From: Gammaproteobacteria bacterium
GTDB taxonomy: Bacteria; Pseudomonadota; Gammaproteobacteria; PS1; Pseudothioglobaceae
Direction: 5' to 3'
Length of the DNA: 64,000 nucleotides
NCBI GenBank assembly: GCA_965206195.1
Contig: CBDBIZ010000006.1
Coordinates: 68,563-132,562, forward strand
Made by a program: the position numbers and the translations under genes
Notes under the pieces: model-generated
Seen by the model: the letters and a program-made list of their open reading frames with translations, nothing else
Database searches by the model: none
What the model was told of the DNA's origin: nothing
Shown: positions 48,503 to 59,122 of the stretch, piece by piece
Position numbering within the stretch: the first letter of the stretch is position 1
Layout of the letters: every line of letters starts with the position of its first letter

Positions 48503-48956
48503 CTGCAGGACAAGACAGTCACAGCAATACATGTGACAGCAGTGAGCTTCACTGGGCTCTGTGTATTCAAGAAAATAGGAAAAGAACTCCTATATAATAA
48601 TTCACATTTGTATTGGGGTAGTAAAAAGAGGTGGTGTGATGGTCCACCCAAAAAGGAGGCCGATGGAACTAATAAGTTATAGAAAAAATACATGCACTCA
48701 GCACAAACAGCATATTTATCATGTGTGGTTAAGAGTAAAACCAATAAAACACAACACAACACAACCAACCCACCCTCTCCTTCTCCCATGTACATTCTCT
48801 AATGTTTGCTGAAACTATAATATACATGAATAAAGCAAAATGCAGCTGTTAATCAAGGTTTGCCAAGTTTTTTATTGATTGAAACAATAGAAATATTTCA
48901 TATGAGTAGTATGGCAGCAATATATAGTGAGCCTGAAGTCATATTCATATTTTTAT

Positions 48957-48983
48957 TAGCCCTAGCCCTAGCCCTAGCCCTAG
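48957..48983 (-). repeat. (CTAGGG)n, right-arm mirror
   Basis: It reads (CCCTAG)n on the + strand. Confidence 0.9.
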
Positions 48984-49847
48984 AACCTGCTTTTAATGCA
49001 TACTACTTTGTCATGGGATCAGATGATTCTTGGTATGTTGGAGAAGTTATCCAGAAGAGGGAGGTGGAACTGGATAATGAGAAGAAAAAGGAATTTTCAC
49101 TACTTTAGAGACTGTAAGAAATTCTTAATGTGTTACTTGAAGATGTGTCCCTTAGCTTGAATGTCTCAGGAAATAAACCCTATTCCAACAATAAAAATAA
49201 GATCAAATAAATGATTAGCCTCCCTGGTTGTACAAAGTATAAGGAAGAACTAGAAATAATGGGGGAAAAAGTAAATCAAAAAGATTAAAAAAAAATAAAA
49301 TTTTTTTCTCATATTAACCTGGCATGTAATTTCTGTATCATGCCAATCTGAGCAGGTAAGCTGGATATCACCTATCGAACACTTTTAACTATACCCTTTA
49401 CCAAATACTCTGTGGAAAAGAATCTTGGTTCATGTCTAGAGAACCTGTGAAATGAATCATTAGAAAGAAATGGAGTATTCAAATATAATGATGGAATGGA
49501 AAACTGAAATAAAGTGGGGAAATGAATGGAAGAGGAGTGATTTCAATATTTAAAAGATCAGCCACTTAAAATTTCTAAAGATAATTATTATACACTATAT
49601 AATTAAAAAAAAAAGAAGAAAGTAGTTCAATCTGTGCTACACAAGATACAGTTGAAAGAAATAATAAAGAAATTTTTTTTTTTAATTTATCAGATTATAT
49701 ATGCCTAACTAAATAATGTAGAAACACTCCAAAAAAAATTAGAAGAGAAAGGATCTATAAAATAACAAAAGCAAATTACTGAATAAGTTTTGGAAAGAAC
49801 ACAAATGCAGCCCAAAAAATTGAATTAATTAAGGAGAAGGGAAGAAT

Positions 49848-50999
49848 ATGTCAGACCCAATCTACCAGCCTGTTGGAGGGGTGATGGAGCTGGGGTTCAA
49901 CTATTTATGCAACCTACCAACAGAGTTACTTTTCCATATCACTTCTTTGCTAGTACAATACACCTTTCCGAGTGGCAGCGAGTTATATCCACTGGATTTG
50001 ATCGAAGACAAAGTTGGATCGAACAGATTCTCAAATGCTGTAACCATGCGTTGTGATATTGACCATTTGCATTTTGATGCACCCAGTCAGCAAATAACAT
50101 CCTTGACATTGTTTGGCAAGTACTGTTACACTGATGCTTACCTAAAAATTGTAGCTGCGCATTGTCCCAATTTAGTTCGACTTGACTTGCACCATAGTCA
50201 GGGGTTTCTTACTGATTTGAATGGACTCAATGCTATTGCATCATCATGTGCAAAACTGTCATGTCTCAACCTAGCCAGTGATGATAATTTCCACTCACTA
50301 GATGTAAATAGACTTGGGCAAATAGTGGGAGGAATGAGCAATCTTAAATCTCTGAAGATACCATGCTCTTTCATCCCATGTGAATCAAGTCGTGTGGCCT
50401 TTCCAACATTGGAGGCCATTTGTATCATAACACATTATCGAGGAAATGCTCCAACCAGTTTCACTGACTAACACTTTAACACTCTCACTTTGATGCCATC
50501 ATTGACCTATTTCCGTTTTCAAACGATTCCTTCCATAACTATATCATCTGGTCTTACCAATATGTTGCGTTCATTTTCTAACTTGACATATCTTTTCATT
50601 GAAAAGTACCCAGGAAAGAAGTTGACACTTCTTCTAGACTATAGCTGCTATAGGAATCTAGAGAAAATGTATTTTGACTCTGACGATTTCATATTTTCCA
50701 ATGAATTGGCCAAAACAATTTCAAAATGTAAGAATATGAAGGTTCTGGCTTTGATGATTTCCGTTATCACTGTATCTGCTATCTTAACCATGTTTGACTC
50801 TTTGAAGGGACTTCTGATCTTCTTTGTTCGAACGACGTCTCATACAGCATTTCTATCTGAAAAAAATGCAGATGCATTTTCAAAGTGTTTAATCAGCAAA
50901 TCGAAATCACATGGAAGAATCACTGATGTGCTTATAACAAGCAGAGATAACAGGCCTTTATTGAACGACATGCAACTTCATGTGCACTTTGATCTGTGA
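49848..50999 (+). pseudogene. Intronless F-box/LRR (FBXL-like) ORF with one in-frame TAA (50469-50471)
   Basis: It reads MSDPIYQ..CNLPTELLFHITSLL (F-box-like), then AAHCPNLVRLDLHHSQGFLTDLNGLNAIASSCAKLSCLNLA.. (Cys-containing LRRs). ORFs 49848-50471 and 50490-50999 are in the same frame, separated only by the TAA. Confidence 0.65.
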
Positions 51000-52897
51000 T
51001 TATGTTTCCCCACTTATTTTATCAAAAATTCTATTATCTATCCATTATTGTTAATAGAAAAAAATATATATACATTATTTACCCTCTCATTTCATGGAAA
51101 ATCTTATTAATATTCGATTGTCATTCTCATGGAGTTGATATGTGCATTTCAAATTATTATATTTAAAGCAACTACTTTAATCTGTATCTGTAAAAAAAAA
51201 TTAGGAAAGCAATGATTTACACATAGAGTCCACATGTGACATTATACTTTAACAAATATTACCAATTTACTAATTTCATGTAGTTGCCCTGGAAAACATT
51301 GTCAATCTAAAATTCTTGATGTTTCCTTTTATGATCTGCTTCAGTTAAGGACAGCATCCAACTTCATTATGATTATGAAAACAACTATAATGGATCTTTG
51401 AAAAGATTATAAAGCTAGGTGTACCCATACAGTCCACACAACTATAATAGACCTTTGAAAAGATTATAATCTCTGCCTTATAATTTTATTTGGGGTGGTT
51501 CCCCTTTCAGCTTTTGAGTCGTTAATAATGGAGGCTGATTATTTCGGATCTTCAACCCGTAAGAGGATAACCATAAGGTAGCCCTACCCCTAGTCCTAGC
51601 CCTAGCCTATAGATTGAAAATAATTTGAGTTCATTATTTGAATGTCTCAAGAGTTTATGTGAGTTTATGCAATGTTGAAAAGAAATATACTAAAATGTAA
51701 TTTAGGCAGTCAATCTGACACTAGTACTTCAAATAACTAATGTTCTCATGGGAGGTGCTTCAGTTCAATATGCTGGATTAAAACTAGGCTTAGTTCAAGG
51801 ACAAGTCAAGCACTGCTGAACCGGTGTATGAAACCTTATGGGCACAAGATGAAAATTGACACTCTCCCCTTTGCACATATTGCCAATGAAATTACTAGTT
51901 AGTCAAAATTCTAGTAGTATTAATGTGCAAACTGGAGACATCACGATTTCTGAGGAAGTATTGTTATGGAAGTCATTTATTTAACAATTTCATCACTTCC
52001 AAGTAGAAGAGCTAAATTGAAATTATCCTAATTACCTTTTCAATAATATCTGGGATAATGTTTGTTGAACAAAGTGTTTTGATCATTGCAAGCGAAGATT
52101 CAAATGGGCCTCTGGTTCGTTATTATTGTGTTATATCGTCATCTCCATTAGAGGGAAGTCAAGCTACAAATGAGGCTGATATATGAAGAATGTGGTTTGT
52201 CCTGTGCAGTGTTACCACAAGTAGTGAGTTATGGAATCAAATTGGGATGGAAAAGGTGTGATTGGGAAATTTCCAAAACTCTATAAATGTAGTAAATTTT
52301 CAGCATGAGTTGAGGATTCCAGATAAAGTTATACCATAGCCAACTTCCCATGCTGAAGAAATGGAACAGGAATAGAATAACTACAAGTTACTGAGGAACA
52401 TATTCAAAATGGTGAAGAAAGAATCAAGATTATCAACAAGACAGCTGCATTCCATTTGCCACTGCTCATGCAAGCTATACCGGAAATTGAGTGTAACTGC
52501 CCTTTGATCAAGCCGCTGACTGGGAACACCAGCAGAGAGAATTTCTGGTTGTACTTCTGGTTGTACGTGAATTCATACTGTGATCCAATTTGAAATTTTG
52601 CTTTCCAATTTCCACCTAGGTATACTGAAAATGTTCTGTGTTCCAATTTGTGAGTGTAGCTGTGATTTGACGGCAAATCACTCTAATGTTTTCCAATCTC
52701 ATATCCATGCATGCATATACGTATGAATGTGTGTTTGTGAGCGTGTGTATGTTTGTGTGTGTGCATGTAATTGTGTGTGTGTAAGTGTTTGTGTGTGTTA
52801 GTATGTGTGTGTGTGATTGTTATTGTGTTTGTGTATACATGTGTGTGTGTGTGTGTTTGTGTGTGTGTATATGTTTTTGTGTGTACTTGTGCGTGTA
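50166..52897. other. Right-arm-only 2,732-bp segment (absent from the left arm at 35267/35268)
   Basis: The coordinate sum steps from 85433 to 88165. The left junction reads gcgcattgt|tcatgtgtatgtgcgtgatttg. The right arm has gcgcattgt|cccaattt at the inner edge and tatatgt|tcgtgtgtgcgtgatttg at the outer edge. Confidence 0.9.
51579..51608 (-). repeat. Degenerate (CTAGGG)n, ~5 units, in the right-arm-only segment
   Basis: It reads tagccctacccctagtcctagccctagcc on the + strand. Confidence 0.6.
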
Positions 52898-52980
52898 TAT
52901 GTTCGTGTGTGCGTGATTTGTGATTTGTGCTCATGTACGCATGCATGCACTCACTCACTCACACATGCACACACTCACAT
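52705..52980 (+). repeat. Imperfect (TG)n-rich low-complexity tract
   Basis: Read directly. It generates the H/T-rich minus-strand ORF 52683-52958. The left arm keeps only the outer part (about 35190-35267). Confidence 0.85.
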
Positions 52981-53294
52981 ATATAGAAAAATCTGAAAAT
53001 GGTTATATCTCTAGCAGGAAAACTTTTGTAGGTACAGATCTGAAACTATGTATGCATGTATGACTTCACTCACAGGTTATTATGGGTAAGGTCCTACCTG
53101 GTCACTTTCCATTGGTGTGTGAGGTGAAGATGTGCCATCAAAGGGGAACTTCAGAATAAAGATTGAATATAAGGAGTTAAATGCACGAACCCATTTTAAA
53201 ATAAATTTTGCTTTGTAAGTATGTATGCATGTTTGTATGTATGTATGTGTCTAAGTATCAGAGCCTAATACTTGGACCACAAAGGCCTAACTTT

Positions 53295-53725
53295 GGCAAA
53301 GCCAACACCATTTATGACCAATAGAGCTCTAGCAACCAAATGTGTAAGTATGCTGCTAATGTCACTAGGTCTTGGCTAAGAACCAATTCAACGGCCTTCT
53401 TGTCCCTACCAGAATACTCCAAAGCAAGATCGTCCATGTATGCCTATTTCTGCAAGACTGTTTTTCACATGTTGTAAGTGTAAATGTTATATAGATGGGG
53501 GCCAAAGACTGATCCATGTGGAATACCGATATTAAGGCGTCAGGATCTGCTGCATGTCATATTCCCGGTGGTGGGGATAAAGCTGTGGTTTGTGACAAAT
53601 TCTATGTATTTTGACAATGTGCCTCTCTGGTAACAGATACAGAAGCATGCATGTGTGCTGTGGTGTCATGTTGTATCATAGGCTGCTGTGAGACCAACAG
53701 ACACAGCATCAGTTTTTTTTGGCCT
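53295..53725 (-). mobile_element. Right-arm mirror of the non-LTR RT fragment
   Basis: It mirrors 34440-34870 (coordinates sum to 88165). Confidence 0.7.
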
Positions 53726-55080
53726 AATAGCTCACCTTGTTGTCTTCAGCAATCTGAGTGACTTGATCTGCTGTTGATTTTCTGTGTGTGAATTTGTCCA
53801 TATGTCCAAACGGCATTATATTATCATGATGCTCATAGTGGCATACACTTTCTTAATTGATTTATCTCTCATATTTCCAATTTTGACGAAAAAAAATTTT
53901 TTTTCAAGAAATACCACCACAGATATCACAATGACATTCACAAAAGTAAATGCAGTCAAATAAATGCAATCGAATATAGTGATAACTGGATTTGGTCTAT
54001 ATTGCTACTGTTCAGTTGAGTTCTTTCTCTGTTTGGCTTCATGCAGAGAACCTTTCCTTGGCTAGGGCTGTGTTGAGAGACAAGAAGGGATCTCCAGATG
54101 GAATTCCTCTATGTTGGTGAAGGAGGAGCTTGGCCATTTACCGTCAGCACTGCTTCCCCAATCCTTTGTACTGGATCTCTGGTTCAAGGAATAGGAGTGT
54201 GGAAAAAGTATTGAAATTCTTAAAGTAAGCAAATAAACACAAGACACACAACAATATAATCCCCACTTCCACCGCGCCCCACATCCACAAAAGCTTAGCT
54301 TTCTCAAATGACTGATACTTGGCGCCATTCATTGTGGACTCTTACATGCAAATTGCCAAAAATGTCTACTTAATAATTCAGCACCCGTAGATTGTTTACT
54401 CACCCACTATCCAACAGAAATATATATATATTTTTTACGGTGAACAGGAACTGAATGCAGCTTATCGTCTATTACAATCCCTCCACCCAAGTTGTTAGAA
54501 AGCGAAACCTGGTGGTTAATGTCCTTTTCTGGCTCACTCTCAAGCAATCCCATATGCCAAGCAGATCTGATGGATGTGACTTAAATTTTTTATGGAATTA
54601 ATGGAGTGAATTATTTGTTCAATAGGCAGTTCAAACATGAATTAAAGGAAAACAATCCTCTCTTCTTGTTTACTTACAGTCCTCAACAATATTTTTAGCC
54701 TTATAAAACCCTAGTCTTGAAATGAACCACCAATTATCGTTTTCTATGTGGAATAAACAACACTTTGTAGTCACATGGTATTTGTTCATGCACGAGGCGT
54801 ATTTCCTCCATAAAAATAAATGAATCGCACTTTTTCTTTCATATCCTTATTTATTGATTCAATGAAACAGGATTCATCCTTGTGTGAGTATCATTGTGTG
54901 TGTCCATCTGTCTCAGTGTGTAGGCGTTAGTGTGGGTTTGTGCGAGGCATTGTGCGGAAGTGTATGTATTGAAGGCAGGTTGTGTATGTGTGTAAAGAGA
55001 TTACATGCACATAAATGTTTATATTTATTTATAGGCAGTGCGAAAACATTTATTGACATGCACAACATCCCCATACTCAC

Positions 55081-55810
55081 CTTTGAAGCATCGAGCCATG
55101 AGAACAAGTTGTCCTGTCCCACTGCCAGAGAATGCTCAGAGCCACACTTTTGCATCAAACAAAGCTCAGTACCAGAAGCCTGTTGGTGTGCAGGATGAGA
55201 GGTAGAGGCAGGCATAAGACCAGTGTGGTGAAAGCTTGGCAGACTATTCCTGGGATCTGGTGCATATGAAGCAGCGAAGGAATTCTCCACACACTCATTG
55301 AAATATTCAGCACACTTTTTCACAGCTCTGTTAGCTGGAGATGCAGCATGTTCAGTGTCATCACTTGGAAGGGAAGCCATATATTTGGCATTACGCTCAA
55401 AATCCAGCCTCCTTGCATTGACTTCACTTTCTATGTATTCCGTTGGTCGGCTCACTGCTTTATTCTCCATATTTTTGAAATGAATGGTCTCCTTTACATT
55501 GGACCTCAATTGCTTCCTGCTGTTTGAAAATGGATAAAATTGCTTCGCAGAAATGGACAGTGTGGGGTTCCCTTTGTCCTGGCCATTGGTAGGCATAGCA
55601 GGAGAACGACATGACAGGAAACCGTTTTTCTGTGGAAATGGAGTTGAGAGCTCACCATTTGTCAACTTCTCATCCAACTTGAGAGAATACGGTTTGCTCA
55701 CAATCTCACCCTCGACACAGGTTTCTGAGGAGAGGCTTGATAGCATTGCTGCTGCATCTACACTGTCATGGTGACCGTTAGAGTGTCTGTGGCTTACACG
55801 TTGCTTGACA
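55081..55810 (-). CDS. GYF-domain gene, right-arm copy, large exon E with an intact 3' end
   Basis: The exon is 730 nt, made up of 1 nt plus 243 codons. It ends ..SLAVGQDNLFSWLDASK at a consensus AAG|GTGAGT donor in phase 0. It differs from the left copy by 5 amino-acid changes and at least 2 silent changes. Confidence 0.65.
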
Positions 55811-56528
55811 CTAAAAGGGGGAGAAGTGGGACAGAGAACAACTTGAATTATATTTGGAGAATTTATAACCAAAACACACAAAACGACTTCATATAAAATT
55901 TCATAACATGCCTAAATATTCAAGTCAACCCACAAAAATCATGCATATTGGTGATTATCGAGGAACTAACTAAAGTAAATCAGTAATAAATATAATCAAA
56001 TATTTGCTATAAAATAAAAGGAAATGAAAGATATTTTGGGAACAAGAATTTTTTTCAACTTGTTACATGAATTGAAGCATTGTGAATATAGTAAATTAGA
56101 ATATTAATAGGAGTTCATCACAATTAGAAATATGCTAGTTAGGAGGAAATGTTACAAATTTAACAACCTAAAAACTGTTTTCATTAACTCGGTCGAACGA
56201 ATTGTACTATTTACAATTCATGCAAGAAGAAATGGCATGTCTGCTTAAGTCACACACATGCACATGCACAAACATACACAAATAGATATTTCACCGAATT
56301 AGTTGATTTTGATCAATACTAAGTTAAGCCGTAGTGTTGGTGCAAAGTAGGGGTTGTATGACCTGCCATGTAGTCGGACTAATTTGCCATTCAGAATTGG
56401 CTTGATCAGTGGAAGTTTTAAGACATTGTATGTACATGTTGGCCACTGAGGTCAAGAGATCTGGCTTGATGTGAAATAGCTAAAATAAACAACACGAAAG
56501 CCTCCCCTTTCTTAATTTCCTCACTTAC

Positions 56529-56745
56529 TTAGCCACACCATTGTCCACTTCTATTTTCCTCTCTGTAGCTTGTCTCTGCTTCTTTCTTTCCCTCTCAATG
56601 GAAAGCCTGTTTGCCTTCTCTCTCTCCTGCTCCACAAGGGCTTGAATGTTCTGGGTGTCCATGTCCACAGAAGAAGATGTGGCAATAGGAACCCATGCAG
56701 AATCAGCTGTGGGTATAACCGGCCATTGTTGGAAAACCGGCTCCT
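56529..56745 (-). CDS. GYF-domain gene, right-arm copy, exon D
   Basis: It is the mirror of 31594-31810. The ORF 56525-56776 (minus strand) is identical, and the donor was confirmed by reading (ttagc at 56529-56533). Confidence 0.65.
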
Positions 56746-56832
56746 CTGAAAATGGCAATAACAGCATGAACAACAAGAATGAATAGTAACAGTAGCTCTA
56801 CTCTCTCCAATGCCCGCACAAAATAAACCTAC

Positions 56833-56992
56833 CTTTTGCCTCGGTTGTCGTGGGCAAGCTCCATATTCCTGTTGGGTCCCACGATGATGACAATTCTAAT
56901 GGATGAATCTGTCCAGCACGTGGAAAATTCATCTGGTATGTGTCTCCTAGCGTAGCGATGCTTTCCACAGCAGCAACAGAAGATTGCATCTG
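56833..56992 (-). CDS. GYF-domain gene, right-arm copy, exon C
   Basis: It is the mirror of 31347-31506. The ORF 56798-57010 (minus strand) is identical to 31329-31541. Confidence 0.6.
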
Positions 56993-57499
56993 CTTTTGAA
57001 AGTGCAGCATTTTTGTTGTTTCATAACGAACAAACAGGACAACATAAATGTGTCATAGATTATGTAGTCATGTACAAAATTAAATTACTATATTGACATG
57101 TATTAAATGAATGTGTGTTATATGAGCAGGCCTTATATTAACTTGTACACTATGAGAATGGATGAAATCCATGAACATACATTACATTCATGGCCACATA
57201 TCATATAGAGATGTAATATACATGCACCTATGGTGCTATTAGATTGGTACAATGAGGCTGTACATGAAACAGATTAGTTTGTTCATTTTACATTGTGAGT
57301 GGATAGTGGCACTATAAAGACTATGTATTTTTGGGCAGTTGGTGGGAGCCGTTGCCTTTAGCGAAACTGAAGACAATATGGTGTCTGAAAGTGAACTGCC
57401 CATAAACTAAGGGTAGCTATTACAACTCTGCATCGAACATGAAGTTCTTTACTTTGGAAACATGTATCAATTTCATCACTGGAATCAATGATTCCTCAC

Positions 57500-57609
57500 C
57501 TGAGGATTGCGGAAAACATCTTTCCAGAAGATGTTGGAAGGTTGGATGGGAGGAGGTGAGGGTCTGACAGAGGTGAAAGGGAGACACCCCCAGATGTACA
57601 CCACAACAC
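57500..57609 (-). CDS. GYF-domain gene, right-arm copy, exon B
   Basis: It is the mirror of 30730-30839. The overlapping ORF-track entries are identical. Confidence 0.7.
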
Positions 57610-58514
57610 CTATGCAAACAGGAAAGACAAAATGATGAATTGCTCATCATACCAACAAATAACTGGTCACACCTATTGGAAAATATGGCATATCATCTAC
57701 ATGCGATCATAAAATTATTATTACCCTCTAATGGGTGTTGTTATGGGTGTGGTTTGACCATTGATATTAACACCAAGTAGTTTTTACTTTGTAAAACCGA
57801 TTTGGTTGAAATTTAGCATGTTATCTCTATGTGACCTTTAAGACAGAGAGATTGGTCCAGTACAGCAATAGAGTGGAGCCACATTCAATTAAACACACAA
57901 AGCACACAGTTAGCCAGACCTTGAGCAGGATAACAACACTCTCCCAGTCACATGGAGAGGAAAATATCTTGCTCAGATAGAACAACTGGCTCAAATTTGA
58001 AATGCAGTCTCCAACTGACAGGAAAAGTGTTATTATCCTCCCTTGGGTGTAGTTTGGCTAACAAGTTTAATGCAAAATTTTCCACCTGTTTTGTGTAAGT
58101 CACTACTAGCAAATATTGCAGAACTCTTCCCCCTACTTCTGTAATCCCAAATATTTATCTCATAAAGAATATAGACCATTAAATTGAACAGACAAAGACT
58201 GAACAAATTTTAATTAGCTACAATTTTAATGTTTAATTAAAAATATCTAAGGTGGTAGCTCTTCATTGTGGTCACATAGGATTTGATAGCATGCCGTGTT
58301 TCATAATATCTTTGCACTATCATTCCTTACTAAAATGAAACGAAATCAATCAAAACTGTTCAAGCTAGGGAAAGAATACTCAACAAGCATTAAATACACC
58401 TGAGCGATTTTTTTATCCAAAGGTAGCTGACTTTTCCATCCCTTCCCACTAATCATCCTATCATATCTACTGTCACTAGAGCACAAGCAACTGCATTAAA
58501 TAGTCACCATTTAC

Positions 58515-58730
58515 CTAGTGGGAGCATAATCTGGTCACAGTATCTTTGCACCTTCACATCCATAGTGAAATACCCTGCTCCATACCATGCCATCATATCA
58601 ATAGAGCTGAAAGGGCCCCGAGTGATGCCCTGGGCGTCCTGATATAGCCATTGGTCCATAATAGAAGTTTGCTGTCCCTCAGCAAACCCCAAAAGAGATG
58701 AAACATTTTGTGTGGCCAACTGCTGGGTAC
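58515..58730 (-). CDS. GYF-domain gene, right-arm copy, GYF exon
   Basis: It is the mirror of 29609-29824 (coordinates sum to 88339). The protein is identical in the ORF track (58504-58776, minus strand). Confidence 0.8.
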
Positions 58731-59080
58731 CTTTACAAAGAAAAATATAAAATATAATTGCACATATCACAACCAAACATAATTTATGGAAAATCGGGAC
58801 ATATAATGTGTGAGTATGTGAGTGTTGATTGATAGTTCTGATTTCTATACCAAATCTTTGCTAATTATTCTATATCACTAGTTGAATATAAGAAATTTGG
58901 TTTATATTTCTCTCTTTTTCTTCCTGATGTTGTGTAATGAAAAAAATAAATATTGGCCTGGTTTGCATACCAAAGGAACCTAGCTCTAGACTCGGTATGT
59001 GACTTCCTACTGATAGACAGGTCCACCTTCTGTGAGCTTGGGTCAAACTGCTGTCTGCAGGAAGGACATACAGTTTGGCC

Positions 59081-59122
<42 letters not shown>

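Noticed and set aside
52683-52958. An H/T-rich 91-aa ORF on the minus strand.
   Set aside because: It is a translation of the imperfect (TG)n tract.
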